Assembly (NCBI GenBank): GCA_964252035.1
Contig: OZ176203.1
DNA: 64,000 nucleotides
From: Podarcis erhardii
Taxonomy: Eukaryota
Reading direction: 5' to 3' (one strand)
Shown: positions 26,101 through 37,921 of the stretch, one piece after another
Layout: each line of letters opens with the position of its first letter
Numbering within the stretch: position 1 is the stretch's first letter
Position numbers and translations under genes: made by a program
Notes under the pieces: model-generated
What the model was told of the DNA's origin: nothing
The model's database searches: none
The model's input: the letters and a program-made list of their open reading frames with translations, nothing else

Positions 26101-29100
26101 GGTTTACAACCTTATTAGTGGGTGTAAGTGGGTCCTGTAACAAAATCTTGCAGTGCGGCGTGCTCCTGTTCAAAATGCCAGCCTGTGCCCTTAGTTCAGG
26201 ATAATCTGTTCCATTCTGTTCCTCCCACTGGTCTCCTGTTCCTCTTCCCCCCGCCTCAACAGCCAGTCAATATTCTATAGCCGCTGATCATGTTCCGTGT
26301 TTCATTTGGGTTGTTTGAGATTATTGGAATGGGGGGTTGCCCCTTAAGGACAATTAGAATAACAACAACAACTTCTGCAAACCTTGAGTTCTCCTCAGCC
26401 TTCTCTTGTGCATAGGTGGTGCCATTTTGGAAAATAAAATGCTATTAGAATATGGGGATGTGGTGTTTTATTTTGCAGTTGGAAAGAGCAGGCCCTTTCC
26501 TACATTTTAAAGAGGGATTTGAGAAGCGGCAGGCTGTGTTATTAATGCTCCCTTGTGCTAGCAAACAGGCTTCCTGGCTGGCCATTCTTCAAGACAGAAT
26601 AGTGGACTAGATGCAACTTCAGTCCGACTCAGCAAGGCAGTGTGTGTCTGTACAACATTACTAGCAATGTGACACCAAGAGTCCATACACATCTTTTGTT
26701 ATATTTTCACCAACAGCAGACTAGGCACAGGCAGGCTTAAATCGAGTTTAGTGCAATTTCAATTTTGCAGCAGTGAGGGAGTCTTGCCTAAGAGCCAAAA
26801 TGTGTCCTAGGTACCATTTCCTTTCTTTGCAACCCTAGTGGACTGCAGAGTGTCTTCTGCTTCCAGGAATCCTTATCTGGATGAAAACATATTTAGGCAT
26901 AAAGCGCCACACCATTACAAGATGTTTTTGAAATGGCTTCTGTGAATAGCTGGCTCTGTAGGGCTGCTTATCACCACTTTGTGATTTGTGAAAGCATGCA
27001 CAGTTAGGGCTAGGATCCATGCCCTTATCTTGAACTTCTTTCAGAAATTTTGCATATCACGAAAGATAACATTGCACACAGAATACAAATCATGGCGGTC
27101 TTATTAGAGTTGGTGGGTATAATAAAGAGGAAAGAGATTATCCCAGCTCAGTGTGAAACCGGAGGCAGAAAGTTATATTAGGTTCAAGCCAACAAAGAGA
27201 AATAATAGAGATCTCAGAGTCTATTTTTATGCCACTGTGTGTATAAAAAATTGTGCTTAATCCGCACTGACTTCATAAATGATCATGACTTTAAATTTTC
27301 CTTTCAGGTTCATAACTCTGAAATGTTCCACATTACCTATTTGGTGTGTGTGTGATGATATGGCACAAGGGAGAAATGCAAAAATATATTGGGGAAAAAA
27401 TCAAGTTGGCCCAGTCCTGTTATCATACCTTTTGAAAGAGGACAGATTTGTGGAAATTGCATTAGGGCAACACAATAAAGATGAATGGGAGTGGAGAAAG
27501 GGTAGGGAAAAGCTTAACCTTTCTGCCCCTGCAGCTGCTATTTAAAGTTTAAAAACCAGTCACATTAATTGCACTCACACAATTGACATCAAACTTAGCT
27601 TGGTTCTTTGATATTGCTGGGACATGCAATAGGGCTTCTCCCTGATGCTCAAAAACTTTCAGCATTTATATAAAGCTTCCAGATATTCAAAGCATTTTGC
27701 ATTCATTATCATGTTGCATTCCTTAGAACAACCTGTAAAGTTTGGCTAGTTGCCCAAACCTTAGTGTTGTGTAATTGGGGTTCTCATTGAAAGTGTGAGC
27801 CTGAGTTAGGCTTGATGCTGAATGAGTTAATGGAAGCGGTGATTTCAAAACCAAGGACTTTCTGAATCATAGCTCAAGCCATTATCCTACACTAGCTCTC
27901 TCCACTGAAAACAGTGACTTTCTTCAGACCCTTTTTCATTTGGTAGAATATGAATGGAGTGACCTAATCTTATATTTCAGGTCTTTCAAATATTATTATG
28001 TCCCTTTTCATCAAGCTGTTACTATTCCCCCCATGCTCTTTGTTACATTTCAAAAGCATTTCTTAATTTATTACCTGCCACTTAGTGTTCACGGTTTATC
28101 CATGCAAATCAATATTCCTGGTTCTTGTTTGGTTATCTCATTAATTTAGGACGCAACTGTCTCAAGTGGCTTCTGTTTTTTAAAAATTTTCAGTTGGCCT
28201 AAGAAACTACTGTGTGTATGTGTGTGCTAAAAGTTAATCAAACTCCCAAGTCAAAGGCTTCCAGCATTGGCTACCAACCTTCAGAGCTGCTTTGTAGTAG
28301 TCCATCTCTCACATGGAAGGTGTAAGGTCTTCTTCCCTGATCATAACAAGTTCTGTTTGGATATAGTCTGCACTGCCCCTACCCAATTCTGCTCAAGGAT
28401 CGAAGGAATGAATAGGAAGAAGGTTAGCTTGGGTGAAAATGATCACCACCAGTTTACAGGTGGAAAACTGGGGGGAGCCATTTTGATTCTGCTCCAGGGG
28501 CTCACAATTCATGTTCTGAAATTGTTTTGGATGGGAAGGTTCTAGCACCCAGAAATAATGATAGTGTCCAAAGCTCCACAGTGGCAGTCGTGTATGGTAT
28601 CAGCATGTCCTGTCAGTACAAGGATTTCCACTTGTGCAACAGGACAGTTCACATACACCCTTGTGCATGCCCTGCACCCGCTCCAAATCTGCTCCAGAGG
28701 GTTGGAAAATTTGAAGGAAGGAAAGGGGAAGAACATTCCATTGTGCAAGCAAAAATCCTTGCTTTGGCAAAGCATTGACACAGTAGTACTTTGGATACAA
28801 ATCCAGCAGCTTTGAAAATGATTTTATTTTATTTTATTATTTCATGAAGAAAGAGTTGGAAGAAAGGGGGAGCCTCGCCATGCCACAACTCTAAACCCAT
28901 TATCTTCCGTTTTTCTTGGGGTGGGGGATTATCTTAATGACACCAGCCCCCAGAAAATTGAGGCAAATCTGCCAGAACGAAGGGAGAATGGTCCTAGTTG
29001 TCATTAGCCCATTTCAGATGATTTATGTGGGTGGGTGTGATTATCATGGCTGTTAGCCCTGACCAACAAGCATCTATTGAAATGGCCCAGCTGATCCTAT

Positions 29101-30346
29101 CTGTGTATGCATATGTAGATTCTGTTTACGAGGATGGGAGACCTGTGACCTCCAACTTGCATCAGCCACAGCAAGTGCATAGCCATTGGTCAAGTACTGA
29201 GTCCAGCAACATTGGGGGGGGGGGTGACAGAGGCACAGATTTCCCATTCCTAGTTTACACAGATAGCTGAATGCATGTAGGTTGTTGGTGAGTCTGGTTG
29301 CCATGATGTACACAGAATTGGTACACAACCTGATGGTTGCCATATTTCAGTACTCCCAATTAAGGTTGTCTGAAAAGGGCTGCAAGTGGTCTTGTCCTTG
29401 AAAGAGCAAGACCCTTCTCCCCCTCTCTCTCCAGCTGCTGGTCAGATCTGTGGCTATTGAGCAAAGCCGTGTTTGGGGGAGCTTTATTTAGCAGCCTTTA
29501 AGAATCCGAGCTCTAAATCTTTCAGTGAAGTCCAAGAGAGGATTTGAGAATTAACTCGCCTTGAATGAGCCTCACTATCTCTCCTCTATTTTTCTTTGGC
29601 TGTGTTCAGCAGTTTTGTAGATCAAAGAGCCTTCAAGTTTTAAAGCAGAACACTCTGCTTACTGCTCTTTTCCCTCCTACCCCAAAGTTGTTTGTGGCTT
29701 ACATTTCTATGCGACCTACTGCCAGCACGCCTCCCAATGCCATCATCGATGCCTCAGAAAAAAAAAAAATAGTTACAATCAGCAATCAGAAAAACATTGT
29801 CTCTGTGTTGGTTAATTATTTTAGGAACGATTATTCAATTTAATTGAGGCTGTGAGGATCATTAAGATTCCAGCTGCTGGAAGGGTTTGCTGCTGAACCT
29901 TCAAGCTTCTCCTTTTGAAATATGTTAGGGTTGTTTCAAAGATTTTGAAAGCGCAAAACACCCTCGTTTCTTCACCATTATGCCCCATTCAAGAAGAATT
30001 GGTACACAACTGCTTGGTGGTTTAATCACAGCGGTTTAGTGCCTAAGTATAGAACAAGAGAACCAGAACTTGGGACACCCTGAGAAGATTTTGTTGAAGA
30101 TTTATTAAGGTTGCAGTCTTAACACCACTTACCTGGGAGTAAGCCCCACTGAATTCAGTAGGAGTTACTTCTGAGTAGTTACAGTTAGGTATGCACTGTA
30201 ACCTATTACTCAAAACTTCAAATTCACCTACAGTATGTAACACTCACCAAAACCTTTTTGGTTTTTGGACCTCTTCTGTCCTATCCATCAGTGTTCTCTC
30301 TCTCCCTCCCTCCCCCCCTCTCTCTGGATAATGCTTTTTCTTGAGA

Positions 30347-30811
30347 AAGTGTTGCATAGTTTTCTTGCATATTCAGTGGGATACGTGGATTGTAGAGGGT
30401 TCTTAATTCTAAGACCCTTGGGTATAATGTCCAGGTTCTTGCATTTAGTAAGAAAGAAGATATCAGTCTGTACCTGTGCAAGTTTCTTGGTGAGGTTGAT
30501 GGACTTCCATTTCACGCGGCTCAATGTGGTGCCTTCCATAGTTCCAGTTACAGATAGGTAGCCGTGTTGGTCTGCCATAGTCAAAACAAAACAAATTCCT
30601 TCCAGTAGCACCTTAAAGACCAACTAAGTCAGTTCTTGGTATGAGCTTTCGTGTGCATGCACACTTCTGAAGAAGTGGTATCTGAAGAAGTGTGCATGCA
30701 CACGAAAGCTCATACCAAGAACTGACTTAGTTGGTCTTTAAGGTGCTACTGGAAGGAATTTGTTTTGTTTTGACTATGGCAGACCAACACGGCTACCTAT
30801 CTGTAACTGGA
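30347..30811 (-). mobile_element. Penelope-like retroelement fragment with inverted pseudo-LTR
   Basis: Minus ORF start MEGTTLSRVKWKSINLTKKLAQVQTDIFFLTKCKNLDIIPKGLRIKNP resembles the N-terminus of sauropsid Penelope ORFs. Perfect 126-bp inverted arms at 30543-30668 and 30686-30811. 14-bp TSD GCTTTTTCTTGAGA at 30333-30346 and 30812-30825. Confidence 0.92.
30676..30717 (+). ncRNA. Minimal type I hammerhead ribozyme motif
   Basis: Helix I UGGUAU/AUACCA (6 bp), core CUGAAGA plus one extra A, helix II GUGUGC-AU-GCACAC, GAAA, palindromic A-GC-U helix III, predicted UC cleavage site after 30711. Confidence 0.85.
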
Positions 30812-33800
30812 GCTTTTTCTTGAGACATTCTTTCCTTTCAGAGGTGAGCTATACAATCAGCAGAATTATATGGCGAGCTCTTTCTAGACTGTCCTGCTTC
30901 AGCTTGTAAAGTGGGTTGGGAGCTTATCCCCCCCACCAATAAAAGTGCCTGGTGCATAAAATGACCCCTTAATAAACTACAAATTGTGATGAAGGCAGAT
31001 TTTTAAAGCAGTGTTTTTGTAACAAAAAAAGAAACTGTTACAATTATAATTAGTACGCAGTCAATCCAGCCATCGCCTCCCTTCTTCTAGTTGGTATAAA
31101 CAGCTGAATAATTTTTTACATGGTCTTCTAAGGCTGTGGTGCTCACTGCTTGGTGCAGAGCTCCTTAAAGAGGTAAATCATCTTAAGCTGCAATGGGTGT
31201 AAGCATGAAATATGAAGTGGGATTGAGGTAAGACCTGTCTTTGTCCCCTCTTTCTGCCGTTTGTGAGCTTTTCACTGGGTGTTCCATTGTTAATACTGTA
31301 TAACGCATTCTGTTTTCAGTGGTCTTCCTGCCCATCTCCTTTCCTTATGAATGGCGAAGTTGTTTGCATATCTGTACTGCAGCATCATTAAATATGGGTA
31401 CTCTTGTGAGCTTCTTTGACATAAATGACTGGTTGTTTGTGCAGGACCGTTTGAAGTTGTGTCAGCAAAGCAGATCACCTATAGACAAGAAAGAATGATC
31501 ACTAATTGTAGCCTGAGTCAACTCATGCTTATACAATTGATTTACCATTTAGCTGCTCTTTGAGATGGAAATCCATAAATAACATTAAGTTTCTTTTTAA
31601 AAGCTCTCACACAGTATCATTATCTCAGTAATGAATGTTGATTGTGCGATGGGGGGGGGGAGGAACGTACAATTTTCGTTTTTAAATACCCCTTTCTGTG
31701 TCTTTTAAACGGGAGGCATTTGCAGTGAGGGTGATTTTTGCTGTTCACCCTTGACATTAGTTGTTTTGGTCATGTGTCGTCGTCCCCCCCCCCGGTCCAG
31801 ATTCTACAAGGAATTGCCACAAACGCCTACAACCCAATGTACAGGCCCATCTTCCACACACTGACCACTAGGCATTTGGGTAGTAGTAGTAGTAGACAAA
31901 TTTTGAGGGTAGGCCAAAGCATAATACCTGCCAGTCTACAACCAGTAACCTGTAATCCAAACCTCCACCATCATTTTTCATTTTTGGCCAGGGAGGGTAA
32001 TGAATCTTAGCAGGGAACCCCCACCCCCTTGGTTTTCCCTCGGAGTCAGAATATATGGCAGAGTTCACTGACGTACTATTTGTTTTTCAATGGAAAAGTG
32101 GCATCTGCTTATTTGGAAACATAATACCCCTGGCTGTTTGGTTTCCTTCAAATACATTTCTAAGCAGCTAAACTGCTTTGAGTCACAACTTTTTTTGTTT
32201 TTGATTAAACAGCCATATGCTTCCGAATGGAACAGTCTCAGTTGTTATATTAAATTTGTAGATGACTCGCTACCTTACAAAACTCAATTACCTCACATCC
32301 CCCCATCAGCCCTTTTAGGAGGGAACAGATGGAAGAGTTCTGCTGCCCTGTCATGTTTTTCTTGACTTACGATTAGAATTTCTAAAGATAATGTGTCACT
32401 CGCATGTTTTGTATTTCTCCTCTCTGAAGATATGCTTTTGATTGCTCTCTTCCTAAGCCTGCAGATTTTACGCAGCTGGGGTGCCTTCTGGCTTATGATA
32501 TGTAGCTGAAACCTGAATCAGTTCAAGATTGGAGAAAATGGATCTTAAGTTGGCTCTTTCTGAGACTGATCACCCCAACAATAATTAAGCCCCCCCCCCA
32601 CACCCAGTGGGCTGTTTGGCTGGCAGCTTTTGCTGTCATTTCCATCTCAGGGCCACGTAAATAAAAATAAGATATGCAGGCAGAGGAAGGCCTGTTGAAT
32701 TTGGCTGGGGCTCCTCAAACATTCTGTAATCAGGGCACACATTCTGTGTTAACTGTTCTGTGGAGGAGCCTCTACTCAGCACATCGTGGTGGTTCCTGCA
32801 TTCTAAAACACGAGCAGGCAGACTTTGGGCTTGCGGGATCTACTTTTTTTAAAAAACCAATCGGATCCTGAGATCCACCAGTCAGAGCCAAGGGCAAAAT
32901 AGTAGCTCAGGAAGGTGAAGATTATCCTAATATTAGTAGAGGGAGCTCTCTTGGCAGTTCCACCACCACCAGAAGTTCAGGAATGGCGGCAGCCGGGGAG
33001 TGATATCTCTTAGGTTGTGGAATTCCTTCCCCACAATGGTACATATGTCTAGCACCTTCATTACAGTATATAGTTTCCACCTTAAGGTGAAGATGCACCT
33101 GTTTACCCTTGCCTTGGACAACTGAGTTGTTTTCAGGTCCCACTCACACAGTTATTTAGTTGAATACTGCCTGTTGTTGTTGTTGTACAGGTACTGATGA
33201 GCACATGCTCAGCCCAGGACAAAAATAATGTCTCCCACTGATGCTTCTTAATATCGTTCCTAAGCAGTGGTGCAAATGTGACCACTGAACCAGCTGTATA
33301 GAGTGTTACTTACACTGTTGTTTCATTCTTAAAACCAGCCCCCCTTGCACCTTTTTGTCACATTATATATATACATTGAGTGCTTTCTTTTTTACATATA
33401 GAGGAGATGCCTTTGAAATAATTTCCTTATAGAGTCTTTCTTTCAGCACTCAACATAGGTAGACCTTTTCACAATATCATCCCACACAAAAGATGAGAGT
33501 CGCCAAGGAGAACACTTCTCCTTTCTGGTGTTCCTAAGTTCACTAAGGCAACGTGCACGAGCAACATAACACGCATGCAGCTTGGTGGAGGCACCTTCCC
33601 TTGAGGTGAGCAATATCCTTAAATAGAGTCACATTCCATCATGATAGGAAGCGACTAAAAATAAAAATGCAAAGTTCCCCGGTTTCCATGATTTGGAATT
33701 GCTAATGCTACCCAAAACTAAAAATAAGTATTTGCGTAGAACTTAGTTTTGTCAGGTGATGCCTATGACTCACTAACACATATTTTACAAGTTTAAACTA

Positions 33801-33852
33801 TTGTAACCTTTTCTGCTGCTTTTCATAGAATGGAAACGCCATATGGAGTATC

Positions 33853-33960
33853 ATAGAATCATAGAATTGTAGCATTGGAAGGGACACAAAGGCTCATCCA
33901 GTCCAACATCCCTGACAGATGCCCGTCCAACCTTTGTTTAAAAAGCCTCGAATGAAGGAG
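33853..33960 (-). mobile_element. CR1-type 3' end
   Basis: (ATTCTATG)n tail on the minus strand, followed by ttggaagggac...agtccaac. Confidence 0.7.
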
Positions 33961-34033
33961 GGAAAAGTGAAATATATGGAATAAAATTGGTTGGACAGAG
34001 ATTCTCACCCCCCTTCATGGTTTGAGGCAGATA

Positions 34034-34495
34034 CCGTAATTTTCGCTCTATAGGACGCACCCGACCATAGGACGCACCTTGTTTGGGGGGGGGACGAAAA
34101 TAAACCTCCCCCTCTCTGCTCAGCGCCCCTTCAGCAAAGCGGCAGGAGAAACGGAGCCCCTTCCATTTCTCCTCCCGCTTCGCTGAAGGGCCGCTGCGCA
34201 GAGAGGGAAAGCTGTGCAGCGCCTATTCAGCGAAGCGAAGCCAGGAGAGCTAGAGGAATCGGTGCACACCAATCCCTCTCGCTCTCCTGGCTTCGGCAAA
34301 AGGAACCCGCAGCCTCCGGAGCACGGAGGGAGCGTTCCCTCTGCGCTTTGGAGGCTTCGCGTTGCTATCGCTGAAGCCAAGGAGCCTGCATTCACTCCAT
34401 AAGACGCACACACATTTCCCCTTAATTTTTGGAGGGGGAAAAAATCTCCCCCTCTCTGCTCAGAAAAAGTGCGTCTTATAGAGCGGAAAATACGG
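34034..34495. mobile_element. Tc1/mariner-pogo MITE, longer relative of 2644-2902 in the opposite orientation
   Basis: 27-bp TIRs with 3 mismatches and TA flanks. Shares gcctgcattcactccataagacgcacacacatttccc with the reverse complement of the 2644 copy. Confidence 0.9.
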
Positions 34496-35580
34496 TAAAT
34501 ATTTTGGCTTTTCTGGTTCTTACCTACCCAGTTCCCTCTTGGTACACAGAGCTGCAATGAATGCTGTCCTGTGTCATCTTTATTGCCCTTAAGGGTATAG
34601 GAAGCTGCCTTATATGAAGTCAGTCCATTGCTACATCTAATTTAGTAAGATCTACACTGATGAGCAGCAGGTCTCCGGGGTTTTCAGCAGGGACTTTCCC
34701 CAGCATTTCTTAGAGATGACAGGGATTGAGCTATAACCCCCTTCCCTGCCAGGTTGATCTGCTGCCACTGAAGTTGTTTTGGGGCATAAAACAAGAATAT
34801 TTTTGAAGTTAAAGAAATATGGCCTAATGGTGGTGGCAGAGTTTGGGTGGTTCTCTGTACATACATGTACTGTTGGTGGTTGAAAATGATTTAAAGATCT
34901 GTTTTATTTTATTTGCAATGTGCTGCTTAGAACAGTTTTGTCCTAACTGAAAGTCCACCCTGCAGAGTTAATCAACTAAGATTCAAAGGGTCTGGGATAT
35001 GACTTCTTTATAAGAAATGCATGAAAAGGCTGTATAGTTCCAAGTCTGCTCAGGAAAATATGCTATATTGTATTTTTTCATATGCATTTGAAAGACAATT
35101 CCCAGTGCCATTAATTAAACATTGCCTTTCTAAGTAACCTTCACTTAATATTTTTCATATTCTTGCACATTGCTAATTGCATTTGACTGTCAGTCTTTCT
35201 GGTGAATTAAGTTTCTGAAAGCCATCTTGGTAGGAATACAAAAGGGAATTAAGAAGATAAATCTAAACCTGTATAAATGTTAGGATGGTCTGAGACGGTA
35301 TCAAAATAATTCAAAATTCTTGGCATGATATCTCTTCATATAAGCCAACTAGTAAATTTGACAGAAGATTATTATCTGCGTATAGGAGATAAAAAGACAA
35401 ATGAGCACTGCTACACACTAATGCAATGTTTAACCAGAGATCATTCTCTCCCAATGTTCCTATCCAACTTGGTCATGATTTATCACCTAAGCCAGGCATG
35501 AGGAACCTATGGCTCTCCAGGTACTGTTGGACTCCAGTTCCCTTCAGCCCCCGCAGAGCTAATGGGTATGAAGCAGATCC

Positions 35581-36032
35581 AGTTAGGGATGTGGCCTGGG
35601 GAGAGGAATGGTAATCCAGGAAAAGTGGTGCGGGCCAGATAGACCTGGAGGGGCTGTCGAAGTCTCTGCTCGGCCAAGCCGATAAGGCCTCATCTTCCTC
35701 CGAGCCGAGCGTTTGAAATCGCCTCCAACGTGTTTAATGACCTGAGCCTTTGATGAGGCCTCAAGCACATTCTATCAGCTGGGTTCCCAGCACAGGGAAG
35801 AGACGAGAGGTTTGGCTACATTGTAAAGAGTTTTATTTCTAAACTACGCAGAACAGAAAAGACACCCTCTCTCTCTGAAAGCAGAGAGCAATTGAACAAA
35901 GGAACAAAGGAAACAGGAAACCACTAACGTCACATCCCGTCTCCCTTTCCCGTGAGACTGCAAGGTCTCTGGAATGTAAACAGAGTCCTGTGACTCCCAG
36001 CAGCTGCTTAGCGATGAGAACAGAAACTAACA
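35581..36032 (-). mobile_element. Probable solo LTR
   Basis: Ends AGTTAG and CTAACA (TGTTAG-type inverted ends), about 450 bp long, AATAAA on the minus strand at 35832-35837. No TSD found. Confidence 0.45.
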
Positions 36033-36174
36033 GGGGTCACATTTGTCCCTCAGACTTGAGGGTCCCTGACCCTGCCCCAAGCTAAGGAGGTAATCTCCCT
36101 TGAGTGAAAGATCTATCATATCTCCAATGCTGAAATAAGGATTAACTTCAAGTCTGGTCAATTTCTGTACATAG

Positions 36175-36180
<6 letters not shown>

Positions 36181-36233
<53 letters not shown>

Positions 36234-36256
36234 TACACACACACCCACACCCACAC
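36181..36256. repeat. Compound (CT)18(GT)9(AC)n microsatellite
   Basis: Read directly. Confidence 0.95.
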
Positions 36257-36436
36257 ACCATCTTGTCCTTTGTCTGGACCACCTCTTTTCCTAGTCTTAG
36301 ACTGACTAGGTAATTGCTACACAATACTGGCTATCATAGTTCCAGTTACAGATAGGTAGCCGTGTTGGTCTGCCATAGTCAAAACAAAACAAATTCCTTC
36401 CAGTAGCACCTTAAAGACCAACTAAGTCAGTTCTTG

Positions 36437-36474
36437 GTATGAGCTTTCGTGTGCATGCACACTTCTTCAGATAC
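36437..36474 (-). ncRNA. Minimal type I hammerhead motif, mirror copy on the minus strand
   Basis: Exact reverse complement of 36498-36535, with the complete core retained. Confidence 0.75.
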
Positions 36475-36497
36475 ACTGAAGAAGTGTACTTCAGAGT

Positions 36498-36535
36498 GTA
36501 TCTGAAGAAGTGTGCATGCACACGAAAGCTCATAC
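36498..36535 (+). ncRNA. Minimal type I hammerhead motif (4-bp helix I)
   Basis: GUAU CUGAAGA A GUGUGCAUGCACAC GAAA GC UC AUAC. Confidence 0.75.
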
Positions 36536-37583
36536 CAAGAACTGACTTAGTTGGTCTTTAAGGTGCTACTGGAAGGAATTTGTTTTGTTTTGAATACTGG
36601 CTATGTCACCGTATGAAAATTAGGATAAGTTATGAATGGAGACTGCTATTGTGTAAGCTGTTAATATTTGTCACTTTTTACTGTAACTAATAAAGGGTGA
36701 AATACACTATCTTGCATAATCCTGCAGGTCTAAAAATAAATATAAAAATAAAACAATTAGCCAGTGTAGCTGAGTCATAAACCATTCATATTAAAATCTG
36801 GATGTTGGTAGCTAGCCAGACAGTGTTGGCTACTCTGCTGATGACTGCATTGTGATTTTTTTTTTTAAAAAAACACTATCCAGCAAAAACTCAGACAGTG
36901 TCCAATTACAAATGTTACTGCTCATAAAATCTATTCAGAAACCTTTTTAAAATGTGCTGTGTTTGGCTTTAATGTTTTGCTGTTCATGAAGAAAAGTATA
37001 GCTAATGTGATAGCAACTTTTTACTAGACCAACTTCTGTGGGTTTAATTACAATGTTTGAGTTGCGTGCTATCGACAGTGAAATGGGAAGGAAGGAATGG
37101 AGCGGAAAGGCAATTCTCACCTCTATACTGATTCAACTCCTGCCTGCTACATCAAACCAACTAATAGCCTAGTTGAACTATAAGGTGTCTCTCTCGTTCC
37201 ACCCCAGGCTTGCATTTTATCTGCTAAGTGACTGGATGTGGGAGGGGGTGCGCGGAGAGATAATTTTTTTAATGGGAGGACAATATGGAGTCTTCCCATA
37301 TATACATGTGCTATAGACTCCTATTTCACAAGTCCCAAAATGGTGCTCCAGGTGCAACCTGGCAACACATTTTTGAGGGGGAAGGTTGTGTTCACATCAA
37401 TTGCTATAGCGTGTTAATGGTGCTTGAAAAATGAGCAGTGGTTATTGTGGGAACCCATCCCTAGGAAGCTAGGGCTGAAACTCTGACGTGATTAATCCAC
37501 ACATTACAGTTTTCAATGTCACTGGGTCCTTGAGAACTTTGGGCTTTGCTGAATGGGAGAGGTGATGCCTGACAGTGCTTTTA

Positions 37584-37921
37584 CAGTGGTACCTCGCAAG
37601 ACGAATGCCTTGGAAAACGAAAGGGTTTTTCGTTTTTTGAGCTGCTTCGCAAGACGGATTTCCCTATGGGCTTGCTTCGCAAGACGAAAACGTCTTGCAA
37701 GTTTGTTTCCTTTGTCTTGCGAGTTTGTTTCCTTTTTCTTAAAACCGTGCATTCACTTCGAGGAGCAACTCATAGCACGTGATGTGGTAGCCTTTTTTGA
37801 GGTTTTTGAAGACTTTGGTGCTTTTTGAAGCTTTTCCAAAGTCCGTGCTTCGCAAGACGAAAAAATCGCAAGACGAAAAAACTCACGGAACAAATTAATT
37901 TCGTCTTGCGAGGCACCACTG
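37584..37921. mobile_element. Tigger/pogo-type MITE
   Basis: TIRs CAGTGGTACCTCGCAAGACGAA and TTCGTCTTGCGAGGCACCACTG with TA flanks. Confidence 0.92.

Larger units (their letters stand above)
36335..36592 (-). mobile_element. Penelope-like pseudo-LTR fold-back insertion
   Basis: 132 bp (36335-36466) are identical to 30537-30668. Perfect 99-bp arms at 36379-36477 and 36495-36593. 12-bp TSD AATACTGGCTAT at 36323-36334 and 36593-36604. Confidence 0.92.

Noticed and set aside
27290-27315. Recursive splice site candidate TTTTCCTTTCAG|GTTCAT
   Set aside because: The reconstituted donor is weak, and such motifs are expected by chance in 34 kb.
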